64,000 nucleotides of DNA, taken from NCBI GenBank assembly GCA_030704615.1, contig CM060732.1:68696001-68760000 (forward strand), written 5' to 3'. This DNA comes from Takakia lepidozioides (taxonomy: Eukaryota > Plantae > Bryophyta). Within the stretch, counting starts at the first letter, position 1. Every line of letters starts with the position of its first letter. The position numbers and the translations under genes were made by a program. The notes beneath the pieces were generated by a model, which saw nothing but the letters and a program-made list of their open reading frames with translations, did no database searches and was not told where the DNA came from. Of the stretch, positions 38,729 through 48,759 are shown piece after piece.

Positions 38729-39955
38729 TGTCGCGCACCTCAATTCGGTAAGCTCCCCTTCAAGTCATAGTTACTTGCTCTGATGCGCACACCTAACTCC
38801 CTAACTGGCCGCCGGGCCAACTCGGAGCTTCGGCTGCTCACCGGGACATAATGGTCCCCCTTTACTCCTCCACAAGACCCTCTCCCAATTTGGGCCTAGG
38901 GGAAATTCCCTTTGGTCGATGGCAGTCCGGAATAGCTCCCCACACCCTGGTCGTTTTCCGGCTCGCACGCTTACTCACTAGTTTTTGGTCACCAACGGGC
39001 TTGCACCGTTCTCGGGGTTACTACTCCCTATATATACTTCTGTGACTGTCCGCGGGGGTTTCACAAACAATCATGCCATTTTATGGCAAACCACCACAAA
39101 AACCCTCGATTCCCGGTGATGAGTCGCGGTGAGTCTTGGCCCACTCACCACGGTCCCATTGGACCGTGATGAGTCCCAAGACTCCCCACGACTCCCACCA
39201 CAAGGTCTCTGCCCCCATGGTGAGTCCTATGCCACCCCCACTAAGTCCCACTAAGCTACCACCACCCCTCGTGGAACCACCCCCTACCGCAACCCGGTGT
39301 GCGGGGTTCCACCTAGTGAGCGCCTCCGCCTCCTTGAGTGCCTTGGACACTCAAGGGTGCTTTAGCCCCCGCATCTATTGTTGCCACTGCCCCCACCACA
39401 GGGGCAGCCCCTCTCGTGTCCCGACCCCCTGCCCTCAAGGCGAAGGGCCGCGACACACACCCCTACCAACAGGGAGTCGATGTCCTCATCGACTTGTCTA
39501 TTTTGTAGAAACGAACATCCAAGTTGTGGCGTCCCACATCAAGGAGTTTGTTTCCGCACCATGGCGTCCCATGGCTAAGAACTAAACCCCCACTTGACTC
39601 TACTCTCCACTAGCTAGTTCGACCGACTTCCTCCAAGTCCCGGCCAAGGTTGGGGCCTCTCAAGCTCTTCCCAGTGCACTCTTTTTAACCCACTTCAGGG
39701 CCAAGGAACGATCCTCCCCAAGGATCAAATCGCCTTACTACAACAACATTTGCTTGCGACCGCTCGTGATGTCGCTTCTTGGCATCACCTTGAGCAAAGG
39801 TTCGCCTTGAACCCTTTTTGACTAGGAAGATAACCTTGAACCAACTGTGCGCCCTAATCACTACAATTGGGTCCGCCTTGGAATGCTGGCCTGAGGTACG
39901 GGAACACGCCGAAGCCGCACTATAACTTCGTCCCGAGGCTACATGATTATAGTAA
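38729..39955 (-). repeat. LTR family 2, nearly complete solo copy (~1.23 kb)
   Basis: Aligns with 37050-38032 plus 36604-36803. Confidence 0.9.
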
Positions 39956-39959
39956 GAAT

Positions 39960-40092
39960 GTTGGTTCTGAGTGGTACCTCTGTAATCTGCCTTATGGCTC
40001 TCTGTAAGGTTATTTTTTCCTTACCTCTTCTTCAATAAATTTGTCAGGGCTACAATCCCTCTGTTTCTTAAAAAAAATAAAAAAATAAAAAT
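39960..40092 (+). mobile_element. LINE-type 3' tail with A-rich end
   Basis: Similar to the tail at ~26040-26165 (tgtaaggtt..aataaa..cagggc..ccct..aaaa). Confidence 0.55.
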
Positions 40093-40360
40093 AATGAAGT
40101 AACGGTTCACAATCAGGTGGAAAAAATAACCACCAGGGAGGCCCTTATTTAGGCTAGCTTCGGCTGGCGTCATATACCTATATATATAAATATATAAATA
40201 TGTGTAAGCTAGAGGATGGCACCTTACGCGCTAAGGTACCCTCCACACAAGTACACTGAGAAATTTGAGCCAGTTCTTTACGTCTCATGGGGCCACTGTC
40301 CCGCGTTCTTTTAAAAACAACATGTTCTTTCCATTTTTGAAAAAAAAAAGAAAAACACAT

Positions 40361-40563
40361 GGGCTGGTAGCTCAACTAGTAAGTGCACGGTGTGTCGCCG
40401 TGGTGGTTCGGGGCTCAAACCCGTTGTCGTATGGGAATGTTCGTATCGTCCTGTAGGCCTCATGGCCCATAAATGAAAGGGGGTTAATTTGTCCCCCTCC
40501 TCAAGCGCCTGAATTGTGGGCTGTCGCTCTCAGGTTTCCTTTATATTTTAAGAAAAAAAAAAA
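40361..40563 (+). mobile_element. tRNA-derived SINE, more diverged relative
   Basis: TAGCTCAACTAG A box, GGCTCAAACCC B-box-like motif, 3' ctgaattgtgggctgtcgctc similar to copies A and B, and a poly-A tail. Confidence 0.65.
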
Positions 40564-40599
40564 CTTTGGTGAGTTACATACTATTTCTTGAAAATACAG

Positions 40600-41030
40600 A
40601 AAGCTACTAGGTAGTGTGAGATCGATGTCAGATCTACGGTCCTGTTAGTGGCATGTGTAAGTCGTCACGTAGTAGTAGTATATATAGACATGCCGCCAGC
40701 GGGTTTGACAACTCTCGGGAGCAACAGGGAGAGTCATGGGGCAGCAGCGGAGGACTAGTATATATATCCTCTGCACTTCTCACCCGCATCAGAGCACCTA
40801 GTTTTGCAGTTGTCTCTAGGGATCCTCCTCATGTTTGCATTTTGCATGTTTTCTGAAGTCCCACTTTAGTCCCCTCCATACTCACATAAGACCTTGTAGA
40901 AATCCTTCCAGCCTTTAGTTTATTTGCAGCTTCAGCTTGAGGTGTTACTCCTTAGATCCCTGTTGCAAGCGCGTAGTCAGAAGAAGTCAGTGGTTCAGTT
41001 TTAAGTTTCTCTCAGCTTGTGATAATCACC
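40600..41030 (+). promoter_or_regulatory. Third copy of the F-box 5' region/intron with the start codon lost
   Basis: Aligns with ~2280-2625 and the acceptor tttctctcAG|cttgtga (41015). Copy-1 gagaATG is replaced by gataatc. Confidence 0.8.
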
Positions 41031-41145
41031 TTAGTCCTCACCAGTTGTGAAACGCATGCTGATTGAGCAGGTTACTAACGATTGTTGGCTTGGAATACTG
41101 ATATATGATCCCTAACCAAATGAACCATGAATAGTAACCTACACA

Positions 41146-41302
41146 TGCTTCTCAAGTACCAGTGAGGATCGACCGAGGTGATGAGGAGTCTACGATAGGT
41201 GCTAGTTTATCTCAGCTTGTCCACCCTAGTCCTCACTCAGTTCCAGCACCTCTCGTAGCCTCCTCATCACCTCGGTTGATCCTCACTGGTACTTGAGAAG
41301 CA
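41146..41302 (+). ncRNA. Candidate MIRNA/hairpin-RNA precursor derived from F-box coding sequence
   Basis: Arms 41146-41203 and 41245-41302: 58 bp with 55 Watson-Crick pairs, 1 G:U and 2 U/C mismatches; 41-nt loop. The 3' arm is sense F-box sequence and the 5' arm is antisense. Transcription is not shown. Confidence 0.65.
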
Positions 41303-41509
41303 CATGCTGATTGAGCAGGTACTATTGATGGTTGGGGTTCCTACAAGATAATCTTTCTCTGGGCTGTCATTGTCTTAACAACCACAGTGAATGCATGTTC
41401 GATATGGGTCTGAGTTGTATTGGGCACTGATGTATACCATGTATGGACTTCAATCTAGAACGCTATGTGGGTTGCTATCTGCCAGGCCCATTCCCTGTTG
41501 CATGGTGGC

Positions 41510-42603
41510 CCTTAGCTCTGAGCCTCTCCTGGGCAGGCTGAATTTCAGTGTGGAAGTTCTTTGTGGATGACCTGTTTTAAATCTTTTATTTGTCATTTGT
41601 TCCCAGTGTTTGACCAGGCACTTCTTCCAGGCGACAACTCTTGGCTTTGATGAAGGTAATTCATCACCTCTCCACTATCTACACATTGGAGTTTTGAGCG
41701 ATTTTTGAGATGATATGAACACCTCAGATTTTAACCCCTAAACCCTGAGTTCAAAAACCTAAAGTGGAGCTGTGACAAAAGTTAACAGCCTGATTCAATG
41801 CTGAATTTACTCAGACCACAATTATGGCTACTTCAAACCCAGGGTAATATCAGCTGAGTGCTTGTGGGTTATGCGTCAGATTTGCTCTACAAGGATGTTG
41901 GCTGGCTTCCTTCCTTTGCATAGAAGAGTATTGGGGCAGACTTAACTCCTCAATTAGTTAACCCTACCTTGATTCCACCATCTCGGATCCATCTTGAGAA
42001 CCTTTTACCATATTAGTGGGTGTGTATTGAACTCCAGAGTGTCCACTATTGGAAAAAGGTTGTTTAACTCCCCTTGATTGTAAGCTTTCTGGCCTTCTTG
42101 CAGAGTTAGATATCATAAGATCTGTGTGGAGTGCGTGGGAGCAAGAAGACACAGAGGCTATGAACAATACTTTGGCGGGTACTCTGGAATCTTAAATTAG
42201 CAAAACATCCGCTCAGTCCTAGTCGGTACCATGTTCTTAGTTGCTTATACATCTCCAAGAAAATTCCAGAGGCATGCAGTCTCCCTCGGACGTTAAAGGT
42301 GACTGAGGCTTCTTATCCTAGGTCCCAATCATGGCCATAATCTATATGCTGAAGCTTTTAGGCACATGCAATGAGCAAAAATAGATGCCACATTGCAGCC
42401 TTCCTTGTCTACTTTGCATGTTCTTATCCTCAGTTGTGAAAATGGCACAAATGTACATGACTTGTTGTACTTTATCCTTTTGCTTTTGTCTGCTTCTCTG
42501 AATTCAGTATAGGTGTTGCTTGGGTTCCTGGGTCAGTCTGCTGGGGCTCAGCCAGTGGTGAAGTGCCAGATTATGCAGCCTGTGTTGGCCTGCAAGCTTC
42601 TTT
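41510..42603. repeat. Inverted copy of 8676-9757
   Basis: Continuous reverse-complement alignment. Confidence 0.85.
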
Positions 42604-42690
42604 AGATATCAGATGGCCCAGTTTGTTCGATGTGTAGGAATCCATATGGCCCAGAGGGATGTCATGTGTTTGGATCATGTGGTCTTGGCA

Positions 42691-44510
42691 ACCACCGCTT
42701 CCACCAAGCGGCTGATGGAATCTTCGGACAGCTCCTTGGTTGCCCGAGTCATGTTCAATTGTCGGGGTTTTGCGCATTTCTTGGCCATGTGCCCAGGCTC
42801 CCCGCAATTAAAACACACTCCATCGAAGGTCGCCTTCTGTCCGCAATAAGCCGCCGCACCTGATTTTTCTTTTGGAGCACCGGGTGCCGCCTTGACGTGT
42901 GAAGGCCCTCCCTTCGATTTCCATGTGCCATTGTCGTTGTGTGGCCTATCCCACTTCTTTTCCGGTCGAAATGAGTCACTCTCGCGCCGAGTCTTCTTGT
43001 GGTTCAGCTCCGTACGACCTTGTTTTTCGCCCCTAGGGACAACCGAGAAACATTCAGCCCTTTCAATTGCCAACTCATTCAAAGTCTTAGGTGGCTTCGC
43101 CTCCAACTTCCGCCTGGCCCATGGGGCCAGTCCTGCCACAAAGTTGAAGACCATTCCTGGTTTTGCCATATCTGCGACTTCGAGCAACAGCACATTGAAA
43201 GCCTGAACATATCCCCGAATGTCATCCGTTTGCTTCAAATTCCTCATCTTGTCTCGGGCAAGCCATGACGCGTTGAATGGAACAAACTGTCTTTTCATAA
43301 ATACCTTGAACCCACTCTAGTTCAAGGTTTCCGAGTTTCGACCTTGGTCGTGAAGGCGTTTCTGCCACCATTGTTGAGCATAGCCGCTCAAATAGGTAGG
43401 AGCCACCTCCACCCGATCCTCGTCACACAACTTGGCCGCCTGGAAGTACTGCTGTAGCTCCAAGAGCCAGGTGTTGAGTGCCTTTCAATTTTGGACGCCC
43501 TCGAAGGTGTCGGGTTCTTTAAGCTTCACCTTAAACTTTTCCTTAGTGGAAGTGACATTAGCCGCCTTCAACATGTCTTTCAACGTCCCACCAAACCGCG
43601 CCAACCCTTCCCAAAAGGTTGCTGGCATGGAAGATATCTGTTGGTCTACCGGAGCCCCCGGGAAGTCCTCGGGCTCCGACTCCCCAGATTCCTCCCGTTC
43701 TTGAGCGGCCTCGCTTTCAAAAGCATGAATCGCCTACTCAAATTGCCGCTTCGGTGACACGTCGCCCCCATTGGGCTCACCAAGATCATCATCTTTCGGG
43801 CGGTTCCGCTTTCGCTTTGGCTTGCCCGACCCCATGATGAGGCCGATCTCAAGGACGATCGCGTACTGAACTCTAAGCTCTGATACCAAGTGTCGCGCAT
43901 CTCACTTCGGTAAGCTCCCCTTCAAGTCATCGTTACTCGCTTTGATGCGCGCGCCTAACTCCCAAACTAGCCACCGGGTCAACTCGAAGCTTCGGTTGCT
44001 CACCGGGACATAACGGTCCCCCTTTGCTCCTCCACAAGACCCTCTCTCAATCTGGGCCTAGTGGAAATTCCCTTTGGTTGTTGGCAGTCCGGAACAGCTT
44101 CCCACACCTTGGTCGCTTTCCGGCTCGCACGCTTATTCACTAGTTTTCGGTCACCAACAGGCTTGCACCGTTCTCGGGGTTACTACTCCCTATATGTACT
44201 TCTGTGACTGTCCGCGGGGGTTTCACAAACAACACCATCCTTTTATGGCGAACCACCACGAAAACCCTTGATTCCCGGTGATGAGTCGCGGTGAGTCTTC
44301 GCCTACCCACCACGGCCCCATTGGACCGTGATGAGTCCCAAGACTCCCCACGACTCCCACCACAAGGTCTCTGCCCCATGGTGAGTCCTATGTAACCCCC
44401 ACTAAGACCCACTAAGCTACCACCACTCCTCGTGGACCCACCCCCACCGCAACCCGGTGTGCGGTGCTCCACCTAGTGAGCGCCTCCGCCTCCTTGAGTG
44501 CCTTGGGCAC
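42691..44510 (-). mobile_element. Ty3/gypsy 5' end: partial LTR (43891-44510), tRNA-Met PBS (43877-43888) and degenerate gag
   Basis: ..GCGCGACA-ct-TGGTATCAGAGC; gag motifs LKEPDTFEG, ARDKMRNLKQT and CFNCGEPGHMAKKC. Confidence 0.92.
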
Positions 44511-44599
44511 ATTATAATATATGTCTCTATGTTCATTTGTTCATATCAGGACTTTGTCCATCCCTTTCCCGGTCTTTTCTCTTGGCACCCCATCCGAAA

Positions 44600-45190
44600 A
44601 CAACCCAAGTACATCAGGCGGGAGCCATGGGCGAGACGCCGCCCCCACGATACCGGACAATGATGACGATGACAGTGATAGTGACAGTGACAACAACAAT
44701 GAGCATGGAATTAACCAGGAGGATGTGCAAGCCATGGAGGATCTCTTAATACATCATGTGGGCGCTCATGCATCCCATGAAGAGGGAACCCGGCCAATCG
44801 ATGATCCTGAAATGGCCCCCTCAAATGACATGGAGAGGGAGGCGAGAACTCCCTTGTACGAAGGGGCGAAAGTGAGTCGACTTTCAACAATCTTACTTTT
44901 GCTCAATCTTCAAATTCGATTTGGCATAAGTAATGTTGGGATGTCTGCCATAATGCGAACTATTGTAGACTATATCATTGCTCCACACTTCAAAACCCAA
45001 GATGCCACGGTCGCGGAAAGAGGCGCGCGAAGTCTTGGATTCTGTGGGGATGGGCTATAAGATTTTTCATGCATGTCCATGTGATAAAACCCTATACTAC
45101 AGAGAGGATTCGCATCTCACCAAGTGCCTAAAGTGCAAGAAAGACCGATATCGGGATGATGTCTAAGGGAAAAAAGTACCACGCAAGGTA
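44600..45190 (+). mobile_element. CACTA (En/Spm) transposase fragment
   Basis: EARTPLYEGAKVSRLSTILLLLNL..FGISN; MPRSRKEAREVL..GMGYKIFHACPCD..LY....LTKCLKC...RY; KVPRKV. Frameshift and stop present. Confidence 0.85.
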
Positions 45191-45569
45191 TAAGCGCCAT
45201 TCCCCCTCGCATGGAGATTATTTTCTTTAATCTTCTCAATGTATATAAAGTGTATTCCACAAAGTTTAGGGTTAAGAGAGTAGTGCTCATGCAAGATCTG
45301 ATTGTGGTTTTGGAAAGAGTGAGTGAGGAGTGGAAAGAACGATGTTTGGTTTTGACCATTCACACCCAAATGAGGGAGATGCTGCATAAAAGGAAAGGCA
45401 TAAGGGTGTTGTATTATGTGTGCTAATGGGATGATTACATGTGGGAGGCGTGGGGTATTTCATCCTAGAAAATGCATTACTTTCCGATCATCCTGCGATT
45501 GAGGGCACAGTACCGAAGCCCCAAATTGGCCAGACTCATGAGATGACACGCCTCGCATCGGAGCCCCCG

Positions 45570-45660
45570 CCCTTTGCCTTAAGGGCGGGGGGTCGGGACA
45601 CAAGAGGGGTTGCCCCTGTGGTGGGGGCAGTGGCAACAATAGGAACGGGGGCTGCACCCA
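45570..45660 (+). repeat. Inverted fragment of LTR family 2
   Basis: Reverse complement of ~37686-37770, i.e. the sequence that should follow the LTR break at 44510. Confidence 0.85.
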
Positions 45661-46385
45661 ACAAACGGATGTGGCTCAAGATTCATTTTTTCCTACATGT
45701 GCTTAAATATGTGTGCAACACCTGTACAAAGATCCAGCAGGGAAAAAAAAAAAAAAAAAATTCCCTCCCCAACGACACACTCACCCTTGCACCAATTTTG
45801 AATTAAATCGAATTTAAATGAATTTAAAATAAATATTTTCATTTAAAAATATATATAAATTGCGGTTTTGAGGGGCGTAATGATTTTATCTTAGCTCTAT
45901 TTTGTTCTGTGACATTGGGCTTTGCACCACTACATCCATGCAAAAAATGGGTTAAAAAAAAAATGGAAAAAAAAATAAGTGTGTTTCTAGGGTCACTTTT
46001 GTAGAACTCTCTATAAAGAGAGCATGAAGTTGAAGATAACTCAACTTTGGAGTGCAAATGAGAGAACAAAATCTGGTTATGGGTCCAAATGACTTTTGTT
46101 TACTCCCAAATTTTGCACGCACATTGAATATGCTATCATTAAGCATATGGCTTAATAAAAAAAAATCATCTGCAGGCGAAACACAATTTTCCGTCTCTAT
46201 GACACGTAGCTGCGTTCAACACTAGAATAACCCATTGAATCAACTTGGTTCAAGCTCATATTTGGTCCACATGTGCATAAGTATGTTTAGATCACATATG
46301 CAAAGTTGCAACCCACACGAGCAACGAGAAATTTTTTTACATCGATTGATTAATCGGATGTATACAAAGTACATCATGAGAATAT

Positions 46386-47339
46386 CTATAATGCCCCTCT
46401 ACGCGATCCCTGTCTCAAAGGAACCATATTTTTATCATACACATCCCACTCACGCTGTAATCGGAGGTCCCAATCATCCCGGGAGAACTCGTATGATGCA
46501 AATAGTTCGCTGCCAGCCCTAATAGCACATGTCATCACAAACATGTGCATCCCCTCACTGTATACTGACGTATGACCACAAAAGCTCTCATGCCCATCGC
46601 TTCGCTCGTCCCATATTACATTGGTTATCCTAGGATGACCAAAAGAACTATTGACCAGCCCAACAACATTGCCGAAGATGTCAGGGTCACCATCACAAAA
46701 TCTGATCTCAATGGGAGACAACCCCCGTCTACGTACATCCTGTCCGTTGACACATAAAATGTAGGGTAGGATGTATGGGGCTTCGAGGCGTAATGTACGG
46801 AACTCCGCGGAGGTGTAGTATGGACCGTAGTAGGGAAACAAGTCCACCATGCTGTTTCTCTGAGGAGGAACCACAATATCATTGACCGTGAATAAACCCC
46901 GACCCATAGTAGGGTTTGTATAAGCGGCTCTCACAACATACCGTCTCCCCCAATACTCGAACTCCACATTTTTCGGATGGGGGTGGGAGGGTCGAGATGA
47001 TTCCCCCAACAACGAGGCTGGACGGTCCTCAGTAACTAGTCCTATGCGCTTCCCATAAGGGGCGAGGATCCGGCTCAAGCCGCCCAAGCCGGGGACAGGG
47101 TGGCCCGCGAAGGGGCAACCCGCGGCGTGCTCGACTCGATCCCGGAGTCTCAACATCCTCCGCATCACCTGCAATTTGGCCCTGGTCCCTTCTACGATTG
47201 TGCCCGGCAGCCTGTATTGGATCAGATGCAATGGGTGCCTCCTCGCCACGAAAAATTGTCGTTCTAGGGCCACAATCAATATGTGGTACTACCTCCCCAT
47301 CCTCGAGGGAGACGGGTCGATGTTTCCTCACCATCCCAT
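46386..47339 (-). pseudogene. SET-domain-like ORF, probably transposon-borne; 297 open codons with a disabled 5' end
   Basis: GRGLFTVNDI, PYYG, YIL, GNVVGLVNSS, NVIW and AIRAGSELFASY follow the order of SET motifs. An upstream in-frame ATG (~47339) is followed by TGA and TAG stops. Confidence 0.7.
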
Positions 47340-47744
47340 CCTAATTAACACACACCACCAACACTTTCATTTCTCAAAAACCGTTGGCAAAAAAACCCTA
47401 TGCCTCAGCCTCGGGGCTTTCAAAATTGGTAACCAAAGGCGGAGCATCCCTATGGTGCTAGAGCCCAAGACAATAAATCCTTCCTCTCGTTCTATCTTCA
47501 GGATGCTCACACTATGGAAAAATTTGTTGAGACCCAACGCTTTGCGATTATCGGATTGAACCACATTTTGGGTATGTGAATCCTAATTACACCGTTTATC
47601 TTTTAAACCCTAAGATCCACAACCAAAACCGCCACTCCAAAACCCAGCACCATAAAGAAAAGCAAACACCCTAACCCAGTACCATATGAAAAAATAAATA
47701 AAAACTAAGAAACCCAAAAGGCCCTAAACCCTAAATCCAGAAAG

Positions 47745-47990
47745 GCCGGCCGTCGCCTCCTGTGACACCCTGGCGTCGCATTGGACGACGAGTTTATTTA
47801 TTTATTTAACTGGGGGTCGCACCCCGCGACGGACAGCCGTCGCGGGGGACGACGTGTTTTTTTATTTATAGAGCCGGGGGTCACAAGAAACGACGGCCAC
47901 TCGTCGCAATCTTCATTTTTACATTTCAAAAAAAGGCGGGCGCAGGCGTGCGACGGCCGGGCATCGCACATGGGCGCCGCACATTTTTTT
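47745..47990. repeat. GTCGC/GCGAC-rich subterminal-type repeat array
   Basis: Many direct and inverted cgtcgc/cgacg motifs, typical of CACTA subtermini; no TIR was identified. Confidence 0.5.
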
Positions 47991-48059
47991 TTTCCCCCTA
48001 AATGCTTCAAGCATCTCTTCCCCCCCCCCCGGTTCTCGTTTGTTCTTTGGGAGAGAGGT

Positions 48060-48755
48060 AGTTCAGAGAGTGAGGTTTAGGGTGGAGGAGAAACGCACCT
48101 GCACTGAGGTTGAGACTACAACCAGGACATCCCAACCTGTTGGACCTGGATCAAGTGGAGCACTTGGATCACAGGCCAACGAAGGTGTCGGCTCAGGGGG
48201 ATCAGGCGGGCAGCCTGGATCTGGCTCTAGGGGGACAGAGAGTGTGGGAAGTAGTACAACTGGAGCTGGGAATACTGTGAATATAGTGGGGCCAGTAGCA
48301 GGGAGTGCTCAGGGGCCAGCACTTGGTGGAAGTTCCACCACAACTACAACAGGTCCTCAAGGACCAGCACCAGCAGGGGGGGCAACACCTGTCAGTGGGC
48401 AGGGGGTAGGGCCACAGATGGCGTTACAACCAACACGGGCAAAATCATATTTTCCAGTATATGCAGGAAAAAAGGATCCTGATGTACACATCAGCAAATT
48501 TGAGCACATGTGTATTGTGAACAATGAGAATGGTGATGATGCCAAAATGAGACTGTTTCCTGTTCACTTATAAAGAAAGCAAGTGAATGGTATGCAAGAT
48601 TCCCTGATAATCATTTCCTAACCTGGAATGGCTTAAGTACAACATTCCGAAATAGGTTCAGGACAAGTAAAATTGAGGATGAAGTATATGGAAGTTTACA
48701 ACAGTTAAAGCAAAAAAAGCATGAAACTGTTGAAGAGTACATGGAAAAGATGGAA
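48060..48755 (+). mobile_element. Ty3/gypsy retrotrans-gag fragment (third family)
   Basis: FPVYAGKKDPDVHISKFE..KMRLFP..KASEWY..TW..L...F..RF..LKQKKHETVEEY. Confidence 0.8.
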
Positions 48756-48759
48756 TTGT

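Noticed and set aside
39960-40092. 3' tail of the LINE starting at 31257
   Set aside because: No TSD or PPR continuation follows, and the inferred 35200-42690 inversion would have put it on the opposite strand originally.
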